Sequence record: PP968062.1
DNA from: Pseudomonas phage HPP-Temi
DNA length: 64,000 bases
Strand: one strand, 5' to 3'
Of this stretch, positions 40,251 to 50,512 are shown in pieces. The position numbers and the translations under genes were made by a program. The notes under the pieces are model-generated. The model was not told the origin of the DNA and made no database searches. It saw only the letters and a list, made by a program, of their open reading frames with translations. Position 1 is the stretch's first letter. Each line of letters starts with the position of its first letter.

Positions 40251-40516
40251 TGAGTGGAGTAGCCGTTTGTAATATAGATTCTGCTGGGGGTACGATCCGT
40301 GCCTCTGGTAACTCAACTGGCTTCTATCGTGGACAACCTATTGCTGTACTAGGTGATCCTGTAGATAACCATGGTCGTTCTCCTCACAGTAGTGCACGTA
40401 TGACTCAAGCATCTATTAAAGCTTTTATCAAAGGCGTACCGATTGTTCTCCAGGGAATGTCTGCTAGTTGTGGACACACTGCTACTGGGCGACCGGATGC
40501 GACATGTAATCAATGA
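40250..40516 (+). CDS. PAAR-repeat spike-tip protein (about 88 aa)
   Basis: PAAR-type motifs [11 protein letters not shown] and [15 protein letters not shown]. The ATG overlaps the TAA of the upstream gene (TAATG). Confidence 0.7.
   Translation: MSGVAVCNIDSAGGTIRASGNSTGFYRGQPIAVLGDPVDNHGRSPHSSARMTQASIKAFIKGVPIVLQGMSASCGHTATGRPDATCNQ
40266..40277. promoter_or_regulatory. third copy of 12-mer TTTGTAATATAG, inside the PAAR gene 5' end
   Basis: Identical 12-mer with the shared cgtttg left flank. The orientation that works for the other two copies would here be antisense. Confidence 0.3.
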
Positions 40517-40519
40517 CAA

Positions 40520-40550
40520 CATAAAGCCCTCCCGACTGGGAGGGCTTATG
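40520..40550. terminator. bidirectional hairpin terminator (CATAAAG family)
   Basis: cataaa-gccctccc-gact-gggagggc-ttatg, between convergent ends 40516 and 40554. Confidence 0.65.
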
Positions 40551-40553
40551 CCG

Positions 40554-41738
40554 TTAAACGCCTTCAGCTTCGTAATGCTTGATGCAGTGACTAATGAAAG
40601 TCAGATACACGTTAAGCGATACAGCCAACCAGTGAGTATAGAAACCCATGGGTTCAGCGAGCTTCTTCGAAATCTCACCGATGATAGATAGAACAGCGTT
40701 GTAGGATTTACCTGCTGTTTCACCTTGTTCGGCGATCTGACGAATAGCGTCGTCCACAACTACCTTGACCGTGGCAAAGTCCCGCTGACCCGCTTCAGCC
40801 TTCTCTGCAAGAGAAAGGATGCTGGAGATCAACTGGGTGATTTCACTCAATGTGCGGACAGAAGGTACATCGATCTCACGGTCAGAACGGTCAGCTACGT
40901 TAAGCTGGAGTTCTGCGAACTGCATTGTGAACGAACGTCTTACAACATCCTCGTTCGCTACTTTACTATTACCCAGCATCTGAGTGATTACATCAGGCGG
41001 AGTATAGATGAACGCAACGTTGCCCGGTAGGACAACAGAACGATGAACACCTTTCTCGGCAGTAGTCAATTCACGCGCTTGTAGCGGTGCATGACCCGGC
41101 GGAGGAGTAAAGTCACGTTGAAGGATATTTGCAAACGTTTCAACCACTTCACCTGCTACTTCGTTAACACTGGAATCCTTAGATGCTTCCAAGATGTTCA
41201 AGAACGAACGAGAGCTATTCCGAGCAATCTTTGTAACGGATCGGGGGTAATGGTTAAGAATGTAGTTGGTCAGGTCTTTGATGTCGTTCAGGTGGTTGAG
41301 ATCCAACCCCACGAAGTTGCCATCGATAGATAGACGCTGTACACCAGCTACAGACATTTTCTGATAAGTAGTAGCCGAACCCAGTTTACCTAGACGCCGA
41401 CTAATACTTTCTTGGGTACGACGGACACGACGGATGCTACCGGTGAATTTGACGTAGAAAGAGTTAAGCAATTCCCAGATATAGCGGACAATATCACGGG
41501 TAGCTTTCGCAGCCGCGATGATACCTTCTTTAATTGCTCTCAGAGTAATCTTAGAACCTTCTTTGATATCAAAGTCAGGATCGATACTCTCAAGGGCTAC
41601 CGAGATTACCTCAGCAGTAGCCCCTGTTACTTCGTCACGTCCAACCAGCAGATCGCGGTAGCGCTCTAGGGAAGTACTCAGACGTTGGATCTTGTCCAAG
41701 TCAGCCGTTACTTCGTTCCATTGTGCTAGATAGGACAT
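40554..41738 (-). CDS. hypothetical structural-like protein (394 aa)
   Basis: ORF. Confidence 0.5.
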   Translation of the reverse strand: MSYLAQWNEVTADLDKIQRLSTSLERYRDLLVGRDEVTGATAEVISVALESIDPDFDIKEGSKITLRAIKEGIIAAAKATRDIVRYIWELLNSFYVKFTGSIRRVRRTQESISRRLGKLGSATTYQKMSVAGVQRLSIDGNFVGLDLNHLNDIKDLTNYILNHYPRSVTKIARNSSRSFLNILEASKDSSVNEVAGEVVETFANILQRDFTPPPGHAPLQARELTTAEKGVHRSVVLPGNVAFIYTPPDVITQMLGNSKVANEDVVRRSFTMQFAELQLNVADRSDREIDVPSVRTLSEITQLISSILSLAEKAEAGQRDFATVKVVVDDAIRQIAEQGETAGKSYNAVLSIIGEISKKLAEPMGFYTHWLAVSLNVYLTFISHCIKHYEAEGV

Positions 41739-41749
41739 GTGTTCACCCC

Positions 41750-43510
41750 TTAGGCTTTCTCGCCTTCGATTACATCGCCGTGTTCAGCTTTCAGCATAGC
41801 TTCGAGGATAGCGATCTCGGACTTAACCAGGTTCAGGCAGTAGCCAGTGAACAGATGGTTAGCGTTAGCAGTTTGACGAGCCAGGGTAATGGCAAGCAGA
41901 CTGGAGATAGCGGAGTTATCGTCGCCCGCCAGTATTGCACCGAACAGGAAGCTCGAACCTTTAGAGTTGACGTTCTGAGCCAGTTCGTTCAGTTTGCTAC
42001 GACCTTCAACAGCTGCTTCGATTTTGTTCAGCAGTTGTTCAGTTGCACGGATAACCGATACGGCTTCACCAGCAGACATGGTCTTAACGGATTCAGCACC
42101 ACCATAGCTATCACCACCCGGAATAACCGAGAAGTTGATGTTCACAGCGTTGTTGAAGTTGAACGACTTGTCGTTGTTGTAATCAGTGTTGACACCAACG
42201 AACATTGCGCGGTTACCCGGCAGGATATCGGACATATGTACAGAGGTGCTGTTCAGCATACCGCTCGGTACTTTACCTTTATCACTGGAGTTAACGTTCT
42301 TAAAACCACGGAAGGACTGAGCCAGGATGTCATCGATAGCGTCCAGCATTTCAGCAGCCAGACCAGCTTTAGCACCGAAGTAGTAGCCAGCTTTGCTGTC
42401 GAACTTCTTCAGGATCTCAGAAAGCTTGCTAGGCCAGTTGATCAGAACGATATCGGCAGCATGCTCTACTTTCTTGATAGCTTCAGGGCTATCACCGACG
42501 AATTCTTTACCGATGGACAGACGTTGCAGGCCACCGATCTTGATTTCCTTACCACCATCGAGGACACCGACTTTGCTACGCAGCGAACGCAGGCGTTCTT
42601 TCAGTTTGGTAGCGTCTTGAGTGAAGGAGCGCCAGAAGTCCATCAGAGCATTGAAGATACGCATCAGAACGTTACGAGCAGCTTCCAACAGAGATTTCAT
42701 CTTAGCGGACAGTTTGCTTTCGGTGGCGTCGCGAGCAGAAGTATGCTTATCGCTGTCATCAAGTTCTTCAACCGATACTACAGTTTCACTGAAGAAGTCT
42801 TTGTCGATTTGCTCAAGACCAATACGCATGGTCTCAGCTAGTTCGCTGGTAACTTCGTAGCCGTTCTCGCGCATACCGCGGAGAACACCCAGATAACGCT
42901 CAACAGAAGCCTTGGCGTTTTCGATGTCATCCATGTCGGCGGCGATTTCGTTTACGATAGCGCCCTTGGCATCGGTAGCAGAGGTCAACCCATCGGCGGT
43001 CAGAGCTTCAACAGCTTCGTCGATGTCCTGAACCATATCGTCAGCTTCGCCAACGGATTCGGTTTCACCGGATTCGATGGTATCCAGACCTTCATTGTGC
43101 TCTTCTACAGAAGTAGTAGTAGCAACGTTACCGTCATTAGCAGATACTTCGTCGGGAGAGCCAGCTACATCGCCCAGGCCAGTTTGGTCTACGGCAGTAA
43201 CGTGGTTCTCTACTGTGTCAGAAGCTTGAACACTGGTAACGTCTACAGTCTGAGCAGTACCATCGCCACCACCTTCGGTCGGGCCAGGTTCAGTAGTCTG
43301 AGTGTTGGTTACGGAAGCATCAACTTCATCAGCATCCGGCTTTTCACCTTCATCGCCTTTCAGTTGAGGTTCGAGATCATTTTTGCCTTCCAGATCAACA
43401 TTCTGATCTTGGGCATTGGTGACGGTACCGGTTGCTTTATTCTCGACTTCCTCGGTGATGGATTCGTTCGAGATGCTACGGCACAGATCAAAAAGGTTAG
43501 CGCGAGCCAT
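41750..43510 (-). CDS. hypothetical protein with an acidic N-terminal half (about 586 aa)
   Basis: Probable start MARANLFDL. The first 200 aa are Asp/Glu/Thr-rich. Near 43507 the displayed sequence and the ORF track differ by 1 nt. Confidence 0.5.
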   Translation of the reverse strand: MARANLFDLCRSISNESITEEVENKATGTVTNAQDQNVDLEGKNDLEPQLKGDEGEKPDADEVDASVTNTQTTEPGPTEGGGDGTAQTVDVTSVQASDTVENHVTAVDQTGLGDVAGSPDEVSANDGNVATTTSVEEHNEGLDTIESGETESVGEADDMVQDIDEAVEALTADGLTSATDAKGAIVNEIAADMDDIENAKASVERYLGVLRGMRENGYEVTSELAETMRIGLEQIDKDFFSETVVSVEELDDSDKHTSARDATESKLSAKMKSLLEAARNVLMRIFNALMDFWRSFTQDATKLKERLRSLRSKVGVLDGGKEIKIGGLQRLSIGKEFVGDSPEAIKKVEHAADIVLINWPSKLSEILKKFDSKAGYYFGAKAGLAAEMLDAIDDILAQSFRGFKNVNSSDKGKVPSGMLNSTSVHMSDILPGNRAMFVGVNTDYNNDKSFNFNNAVNINFSVIPGGDSYGGAESVKTMSAGEAVSVIRATEQLLNKIEAAVEGRSKLNELAQNVNSKGSSFLFGAILAGDDNSAISSLLAITLARQTANANHLFTGYCLNLVKSEIAILEAMLKAEHGDVIEGEKA

Positions 43511-43563
43511 TTGTATACTCCACAATTGCGGGGGATTTCGTGAGTTTAAACTACATAAGGTTG

Positions 43564-44193
43564 TTAAGGCAGCAGATTATTATCTCTGATGATTTGCTCA
43601 AGGATAAGGTTCCGTTGCTTCAGTAGTGCGTTGGCATTTTCAAGCTCTACGACACGAGCATAATCGGTCGTACGATTCTTAATCTTACCTTGGCGTGCTG
43701 CTTCACGAGTCTCATGGACTGCTGGAGTAACAGCGTCTGACAAAGGCATAATGCCGAAGTGAATTTGCGGGTTTACGCCAATAACATCGCTAACTGCGTT
43801 TGCGGCAGCAGTTGCGGCTGTATCAAGAATAACGTCGTCTGGTAATGCACCGAGAGACAAAGTCATGATAACTTGGTTATAAGGCTTCGAGCTCAGATCC
43901 GGATAAGACTTGATATAACTCGATGGAACGTAAACCGGAGGATATTTCGGGGACAGCAGTGTTACGATTACATGACCTTGCTGTCGATCTGTTGCTACGC
44001 GAGCCTCATCAATTTTCCAAGGCTTATAATAAAGATCATAAACACTACGACCATTATTTTCTACGTCTTCGAAGTAACGGATAGCACCGCACTCGTAAAG
44101 TTCAGCTTTCTCAAGAACGTTATTAAACGGAGGAAGCAGAACGTATAGCCCCTTAGTACCAATAGGTGGGACCATCATGTTGTTAGTGGCCAT
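43564..44193 (-). CDS. hypothetical protein (209 aa)
   Basis: ORF. Confidence 0.5.
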   Translation of the reverse strand: MATNNMMVPPIGTKGLYVLLPPFNNVLEKAELYECGAIRYFEDVENNGRSVYDLYYKPWKIDEARVATDRQQGHVIVTLLSPKYPPVYVPSSYIKSYPDLSSKPYNQVIMTLSLGALPDDVILDTAATAAANAVSDVIGVNPQIHFGIMPLSDAVTPAVHETREAARQGKIKNRTTDYARVVELENANALLKQRNLILEQIIRDNNLLP

Positions 44194-44241
44194 GCATCAT
44201 ACTCACTATTGAATTGTCATGTAATTGGCAATGAAAGTAAA

Positions 44242-44275
44242 GAGTGGCTTGAATTACCAAGCCACTTCTTTTAAT
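44242..44275. terminator. hairpin terminator
   Basis: Stem agtggcttg/caagccact with loop aattac, followed by tcttttaat. Confidence 0.5.
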
Positions 44276-44729
44276 ACTGACGGTAAATCAATTCAGACAA
44301 CTGCCAGTAATATTTATTACTCCACTTATCAGTGAACAGTGTTACGCGGATAGCTTCACCACTATCAAAATAGTAGTAACCGTTTTGATCCATATACGGA
44401 TATGCTGAACGTAGTCGTTCCAAACTACCACTTGGAGTTTCAAATAGAACAGCACCACCTTGCAATTGCATACCAGTTGGCATGACGATATCACAAGCTG
44501 TTCCAGGAACATAGTTCGCATTGTATTTCAGAACCAAACCTACTCCGTAATCAGCCTGATATCCTTCAGGTTCACTAAGAACGATAATCGTGTTATGATA
44601 CTTAGCGATATCGAGCTTAACTACGTGATAAGTAGATCCGTCATGGTTAGCTTTGTCGGGATAACTCTTCACTACAAGTTGATTAGGAGCTTCGACAAAG
44701 TTCCAACATTCTGTTGGGTTAACAGCCAT
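44271..44729 (-). CDS. hypothetical protein (152 aa)
   Basis: ORF. Confidence 0.5.
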   Translation of the reverse strand: MAVNPTECWNFVEAPNQLVVKSYPDKANHDGSTYHVVKLDIAKYHNTIIVLSEPEGYQADYGVGLVLKYNANYVPGTACDIVMPTGMQLQGGAVLFETPSGSLERLRSAYPYMDQNGYYYFDSGEAIRVTLFTDKWSNKYYWQLSELIYRQY

Positions 44730-44736
44730 AGGTCAC

Positions 44737-45159
44737 CTACATGTTACTGTATTCGAAATATGGACCACGTATGATCCAACGAATAACAGGGTTATCGTCT
44801 TCATCTTTCCATACAACTCGAAGAATCTCTACCCCTTGTCCAGGAAGGAAGCCTAATTGGACACCATTACGTTTACCAAGCCAACGTTCAGGTACGTTAA
44901 AGAGAATAGAGCGTTCGGTTCGGTTAAAAACCTTAAAACGAACACGTTGAGTATCAGGCATATCGGGTAGATCTAGATAGAAGAAGAAGCTGTCACCACG
45001 ATTACCGTTTGCTGCGTCTTTGCCATTGAACGTACCACCAGTCAGAATAAGAGTACTATCTAGAATCTCTTTATTCGTGCTAACGATTTCACCACCAGGA
45101 CCATCACGCGAAATATCGAGTGTAATGATAGCTGGCCAGCTTACACACATATCAGCCAT
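44737..45159 (-). CDS. hypothetical protein (140 aa)
   Basis: ORF. Confidence 0.5.
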   Translation of the reverse strand: MADMCVSWPAIITLDISRDGPGGEIVSTNKEILDSTLILTGGTFNGKDAANGNRGDSFFFYLDLPDMPDTQRVRFKVFNRTERSILFNVPERWLGKRNGVQLGFLPGQGVEILRVVWKDEDDNPVIRWIIRGPYFEYSNM

Positions 45160-45169
45160 TTTAAGCTCC

Positions 45170-46744
45170 TTACACTAGAGTCTCGTATGTACGACCCTGC
45201 CCGCCGTTGTACAGCCAAGCAATCTCTTCAGGTTCCAATGCGCGCCAGCAAAGACCAACTTCATCCGCTGCTCCATTATAGGAAGTGTTACTGAAGATCT
45301 CACCGAATTGCAGTCCGTTATAAGAAGCACTACTTGGAGTAGTAATCTCACGACGGATCATAGGGCCGCCATTGAGAGAGATCTCAAGGTAACGATCTTT
45401 AACTTGGAGTACCAGGAACTGCCATTGCCCATTACCCATACCTTGACCACCAGTAGACACAGTTGTCTCAGCGTCGTTAGCATTTCGGGTAAAGCCGCGC
45501 CATCCATTCGCTGCTTGATACGACAGTCCAAACTTACAACCGTAGTACTGGCCGAACTTACCGAGAGTAAGAACGTATTCTTGTGCAACAGAAGGAGCGT
45601 TGACTTTGAACCAGCCGAACATAGAGATACCACTATTATAACTACCGAAGCTACCTTCGGCGCCAGAAGCTTTAATAATGTTCAGAGCTTTACCGACTTT
45701 ACCGTCAATGGTGTTATCGGAGTTCAAGCCAAAGTTCATACCACCGTGAGAGTCGATAGCGATACCTTCCATAGCGTACCAACTAATCAGGTTATCCTTG
45801 ATCTCACTACCAATGGTCTTACCCTGTATCAAATCACCAGAGATAGCCCATTCCCACTTACTGGTTGCGGTATCCCAACGGATTGCAGTACCACGAACTG
45901 TACCACCTTGTTTAATGGCGATAACGCTCCAATCGGGGAGGTAGTATGTATTACGAGATAAAGCTTCAGGATCGAACGGTAGGTCATGACCAGAGTTATT
46001 CACAATAATCCATTCATGTCCCGGTACTAATACTTCAGAATCATTCTCGTGATATGCTGGCCAGTTCAAAGAAGGAATCTTTTGACCTTCAGGGATAGGC
46101 TCTAGTACATAGACTCGATTACCGTTCTGTTGCACCGTGAAAGAAACATACGAACCTGGGTTACCAAACTGACCGGGAATATAGTTGGAGATGTTACCTT
46201 CGAAGATATGTTCATAGAACTTATCACCGGGTTCTGGATCTGGTCCAGGGGTATTACCGCCAGAGTGAAGCCATAGTACCAATTCACCCGTGAAATAGAT
46301 GGAGTTGTAGACAGACTTCAATAGCCAGTTAGGTCCGACCTTACCACCGGTATAATCGATAGAGGCTTCGGCAGTCCAAGCATCGGTCTTAGTCAAGTTC
46401 AACTTAGACTTCTTGGCTACTTCATTCAGTACAGCTACGGAGGTTTTCATCCCTTGAACTTTCGTTACTTCTTCAGCAGTCCAGTAAGGATTTTTAATGT
46501 AATCGTTGATATTGAACCGATCATAATAGAAATCATAGATCGTATCGTACGACGTACCTTTCTGAATGAAGACCACAGACTGGTTGGGACGTTCTTGCGT
46601 AGCGGCCGGTTGTACGCGCAACACACGTGAGTTACTCTGAGTTAGACCCAGACTAGCGTATCGAGCGTTAATCGCTTTATAAAGCCCAACAAGGGGGTTA
46701 GCCCCTAACGGGTTGTCCGCCAGAGAAATAGAAATTTGACGCAT
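45170..46744 (-). CDS. hypothetical structural-like protein (524 aa), possibly with a LamG/ConA-like jelly-roll C-terminal domain
   Basis: ORF. The C-terminal segment LSLNGG...GLCWRALEPEEIAWLYNGG only weakly resembles lectin-fold phage proteins. Confidence 0.5.
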   Translation of the reverse strand: MRQISISLADNPLGANPLVGLYKAINARYASLGLTQSNSRVLRVQPAATQERPNQSVVFIQKGTSYDTIYDFYYDRFNINDYIKNPYWTAEEVTKVQGMKTSVAVLNEVAKKSKLNLTKTDAWTAEASIDYTGGKVGPNWLLKSVYNSIYFTGELVLWLHSGGNTPGPDPEPGDKFYEHIFEGNISNYIPGQFGNPGSYVSFTVQQNGNRVYVLEPIPEGQKIPSLNWPAYHENDSEVLVPGHEWIIVNNSGHDLPFDPEALSRNTYYLPDWSVIAIKQGGTVRGTAIRWDTATSKWEWAISGDLIQGKTIGSEIKDNLISWYAMEGIAIDSHGGMNFGLNSDNTIDGKVGKALNIIKASGAEGSFGSYNSGISMFGWFKVNAPSVAQEYVLTLGKFGQYYGCKFGLSYQAANGWRGFTRNANDAETTVSTGGQGMGNGQWQFLVLQVKDRYLEISLNGGPMIRREITTPSSASYNGLQFGEIFSNTSYNGAADEVGLCWRALEPEEIAWLYNGGQGRTYETLV

Positions 46745-46761
46745 GTGTATCCCCTAAATAA

Positions 46762-46789
46762 AAAGAGAGGGTTTCCCCTCTCTTTTATG
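46762..46789. terminator. hairpin terminator
   Basis: Perfect 10-bp stem aaagagaggg/ccctctcttt with loop tttc, then tatg. Confidence 0.6.
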
Positions 46790-46792
46790 TCG

Positions 46793-48100
46793 TTAGGACA
46801 GTTCTTCTACGCTGGACTTAGCCACGACCATGTAGTTGACGTTCTTGAAGTAAGCGCTTGCATAGATCACGTTATCACGGATCATACGAGATACACCTTG
46901 AGGAACGGAACTATAACGAGTCATCCCTTCAGCTGCTTTTAACAGCTTCGAGAACAGCATCATCCATTCAATCGTTTCAGGCGAAGATTTGTTGATATCA
47001 CCAGTGTCATTAGTTACCAGTTGATAGTCTTTAAACTTCTGCGAGAATTGAGTGATGCCATTACGGTTCTGCGGGTTACCCAGCACAGAGAATGCAATGG
47101 ACTTGTAGGTGTTCGAAGAGAGTTCGAACTTGTTGTCTACGTAGGTCTGAGTATAACCAGGACCACGTGCAGTGCGACGGATCAGGGGCAGACGCTTGCG
47201 ATGGTCAACAGTAGGACTGTAAGTACCAGCACGATAGTCAGCTTGTTCGATGGAATACTGGTTCCAGAACGGAGTAAAGATGAACTCGGTCGTCATGAAC
47301 AGGTCAGGAAGAATAACTTCCCAGTCAGTCCGAGGATGAGTAGAGTCTTTCAGGAGTTCTTCAACGATCTTGTCCTTAATAAGGTCAGGGTTGTTACCTG
47401 CCTCACCATAGACGATCGCAATCCAGTAAGCCGGGAAACGCATGCTGTCATCACGAGGGTTGTGATATTCGAACATGAATGCCCGTTGATGGGTGTACGG
47501 ATACTGGGCACGCTTGGCTTGTACTTCCTCAATCTTTTCGACGAGGTCGTAATCAGCTAGCAACTGCTTAACGATAAGAGGGTCTTTGAAGAAGTCATCA
47601 AACGGAACGATCGGGTGAACGATCTCGATTACGTATTCATCGTACTGTGCTGCAAACGATTCGTCTGCAAGCCAAATGTTCATCTGGTTAGCTTCAGTGC
47701 CTACCAGTACGAACTCAACCCACTCGGGCATCCAGATACTACCGTTAGAGATCATTTGACCGCTACGGAAAGTCTTGATGACACCGTTGAATTCTGCCAT
47801 TACCAGCTGACGCAGTACGTTCGGATCAGAACCGATTGTACCAGCGATAGACTGCTGATAAATATATTCCCCAAGCTTCAGAACTTGATCTTTATTGTTA
47901 CCGGCAACATCAACGACGTTTCCATCCTTTACGCTATGAAAAGAAACAAAAACAACGTTTGGTGCGGACGTACCGGTGTGGAAAGTCTTGTCCTTTGCAT
48001 AGGTTGCGCTGTTCGACGAAAGTTCGCCGAGCTTCGCTACAGTTTCTGGGGCATTCGAAATGAGTGCAGGGAAACTATAAAAGCCTTTCAAATTGTACAT
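46793..48100 (-). CDS. hypothetical protein (435 aa)
   Basis: ORF. A divergent AT-rich region lies upstream. Confidence 0.55.
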   Translation of the reverse strand: MYNLKGFYSFPALISNAPETVAKLGELSSNSATYAKDKTFHTGTSAPNVVFVSFHSVKDGNVVDVAGNNKDQVLKLGEYIYQQSIAGTIGSDPNVLRQLVMAEFNGVIKTFRSGQMISNGSIWMPEWVEFVLVGTEANQMNIWLADESFAAQYDEYVIEIVHPIVPFDDFFKDPLIVKQLLADYDLVEKIEEVQAKRAQYPYTHQRAFMFEYHNPRDDSMRFPAYWIAIVYGEAGNNPDLIKDKIVEELLKDSTHPRTDWEVILPDLFMTTEFIFTPFWNQYSIEQADYRAGTYSPTVDHRKRLPLIRRTARGPGYTQTYVDNKFELSSNTYKSIAFSVLGNPQNRNGITQFSQKFKDYQLVTNDTGDINKSSPETIEWMMLFSKLLKAAEGMTRYSSVPQGVSRMIRDNVIYASAYFKNVNYMVVAKSSVEELS

Positions 48101-48289
48101 GTGCTATCCTCATGAGCGAGAGATCGATGGTCTTCCATCTATAAAATCAGTCACTCCGCTTGTGCTTAATTAAAACGTCGGGTATACTAATGCTTTTACA
48201 CGGTTAGTATATTGTCTTCAATGTCTATTGATCTCAGCCATCCACGGCTTTTATGGGTAGGCGCAATGTCTAACTGAACAGAGGATATC

Positions 48290-48577
48290 ATGCTCAGTTT
48301 AACTGCAAAAGCCTTGCTCCTGTTGTGGCCCTTCCTTAAGCGCGCGATCTTCGGTGACCGCACTGTTCGGGAAGTGATGCTGGAAAACAAGCACGTTACG
48401 TTTATGTTTGCGATGGTACTGGTATTGGCCATGTCGCTCATGTTAACTATCGGCGAGTTGAATGATGTTAAGTCAGAGAACTGGAAGTTGAAACAACGTC
48501 CTGAGTGTGTTTGCGAGGTCAACTCGATTGAGTCGCTTCAGGCTCGTCGTAAACTTCTTGGTGAAATTCTGAAATAA
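48290..48577 (+). CDS. small membrane protein (95 aa, two hydrophobic segments), holin- or i-spanin-like
   Basis: Hydrophobic segments AKALLLLWPFL and FMFAMVLVLAMSLMLTI. Confidence 0.4.
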   Translation: MLSLTAKALLLLWPFLKRAIFGDRTVREVMLENKHVTFMFAMVLVLAMSLMLTIGELNDVKSENWKLKQRPECVCEVNSIESLQARRKLLGEILK

Positions 48578-48603
48578 CCTTTAATGGGCTATAGGTGAAC
48601 CAC

Positions 48604-49014
48604 ATGTCTAAAAAATATTTGCTAGTACTTTGTTTGATTCTTTCTGGTTGCATGATTTATGCACCTAAGTACACCACACAGACTGTGGTTCAACAAGAGA
48701 CAACTTCCAGTTGGGAATATATCCAACCGCAAACTAAAACAATAACGGAAGTGAAAGAACGAGTTATACAAACACCAGTCACAGAACAAAAGCGTCCGTT
48801 AGCAAGCTGTGAACCGTTTGTACTCCCACGGACTGCGTCACTCCCGGAGAAACCGAACGAAGAAGAATTGGCGAGTGCGTCAACTTCAGAAGAAATCGAT
48901 CGGAGACTCTCGGAATACGTAGACGAACTTCGTCAGTACAATGTTGCCGAACGATCTAAAATTGAGCAAGCCCACCAAAAGTGGTTAGATCGCTGTCAAA
49001 GAAAACTCAACTGA
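48604..49014 (+). CDS. outer-membrane lipoprotein (lipobox LSG-C), possible o-spanin or superinfection-exclusion lipoprotein
   Basis: MSKKYLLVLCLILSGC signal with lipobox. The C-terminal half is helical and charged. Confidence 0.55.
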   Translation: MSKKYLLVLCLILSGCMIYAPKYTTQTVVQQETTSSWEYIQPQTKTITEVKERVIQTPVTEQKRPLASCEPFVLPRTASLPEKPNEEELASASTSEEIDRRLSEYVDELRQYNVAERSKIEQAHQKWLDRCQRKLN

Positions 49015-49056
49015 TTTATAATTTAGTTAAGAATCTGTTGACAGAGGTAAAAAACG

Positions 49057-50502
49057 ATGTGCGACGGTATAGTGCTTTACACCGATGGATCATTCCGTCA
49101 GGGTCTAGCAGGTTGGGGAGTCCATGGTTACACTTACACCAACGATCCGATGAAATCGAAAGCCGCTACTAAACAGCAGCCTACGGCATCGGGTTATCAG
49201 GATGTCGGTGCCGAGGATACATGTACAGTTATTGAATATATCGACTCCTTCGGTAAGGTGGTCGATAATCCGACGAATAACACTGCTGAGCTTAGTGCTG
49301 CGATTAACGGCTTTATGATTGCCGATGCTTCTAAGGCAAACAAGCTGACCATGTTAATGGACAGTGAGTATGTTCGTAAGGGGCTTGAATCTTATCTTCC
49401 TAAATGGATTAAAAACAATTGGGTGAAGGTAGACGGTAATCCAGTAGCCAACAAAGATCTATGGATTGCTCTGAACCAGCAAAAAATGGACTGGCTTAAG
49501 AACGGCCGTAAACTGGAACTCAAGTGGGTTAAAGGCCACTCGGGAGATATGGGTAATGAGAAAGCCGATGTCAACGCACTTCGCGGAGGCGGTGCTTCGG
49601 TTACACCAAAAACAGTTAAAGTTGAAGGCGCAGCCATCAACAAGCTGAAGAAAGTTCAGATGAATCCACTGATCATGGAATCTCGTCTGCTCTTTGGAAT
49701 CAACAGTGGGAAACCCTCGGATGGGACCTACTACATGTACAACCTCGGAAGTATGCACAATGCTGGCCATCGTCCGCGGGATACAGCCAAAGACAAATTG
49801 GCAAAAGCAGACCTGCTACTTGGGAGAAGGATTTCCGAAGCGACCTTTGGAGTCTATAAATCTCGGGAACCAGACGAGTATTTAGAGAATCTAATTGAGC
49901 TACATACGAAAGCATTTGGGACTGACCTCCCAGAACTCGGTATTCTCAATCTGGGTAATGCTTGTGGAGCGAAACAGCGTCAACAAATCGAAAGCTTGGG
50001 ACTTGATGCTCTCATGCGCTTCGATGATATCTTCGTTCTTGCAACGCCAGATATGGGTCTCATTAGTAGGACTCTCAACCCACCCCGTATGGCTAACGAT
50101 GCGGTAAGCATGTTTAACGTGCTGGAACGTCGTCTGGCGGAATACACGGCGGGAACGATAGGAGAGTCGGTTCACAAAATCGACATTACCGACCATCTGT
50201 ACGAAACTGTACAATCCGGTAAGAAGACGGTTACTCAACTCAAGAAGTCTATCACCCAAAATACTCCACACCTTGATATTCCGATCGAGTACAAGGGACA
50301 GAAGGTTGCTGTTCGATTAGCATTGACAATTGACATTCCTTCCCGTAACCAGCTCGCTCGGATAAGTTGTGAGGGCATCAAGGTGGAAGTACTGATTGTG
50401 GCGACTGGACCGTTAGCCTATTCATACTCGACTGTGTTTGTAACTGATGATGGTTCTGCCATCTATGAAGCACCTTACACACAGTTCATTCTGAAAAAAT
50501 AG
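49057..50502 (+). CDS. RNase HI domain protein with a 300-aa C-terminal extension (481 aa)
   Basis: RNase H motifs TDGS, NNTAELSA, DSEYV and WVKGHSGDMGNEKADVNA. Confidence 0.75.
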   Translation: MCDGIVLYTDGSFRQGLAGWGVHGYTYTNDPMKSKAATKQQPTASGYQDVGAEDTCTVIEYIDSFGKVVDNPTNNTAELSAAINGFMIADASKANKLTMLMDSEYVRKGLESYLPKWIKNNWVKVDGNPVANKDLWIALNQQKMDWLKNGRKLELKWVKGHSGDMGNEKADVNALRGGGASVTPKTVKVEGAAINKLKKVQMNPLIMESRLLFGINSGKPSDGTYYMYNLGSMHNAGHRPRDTAKDKLAKADLLLGRRISEATFGVYKSREPDEYLENLIELHTKAFGTDLPELGILNLGNACGAKQRQQIESLGLDALMRFDDIFVLATPDMGLISRTLNPPRMANDAVSMFNVLERRLAEYTAGTIGESVHKIDITDHLYETVQSGKKTVTQLKKSITQNTPHLDIPIEYKGQKVAVRLALTIDIPSRNQLARISCEGIKVEVLIVATGPLAYSYSTVFVTDDGSAIYEAPYTQFILKK

Positions 50503-50512
50503 TGGGTAACTC

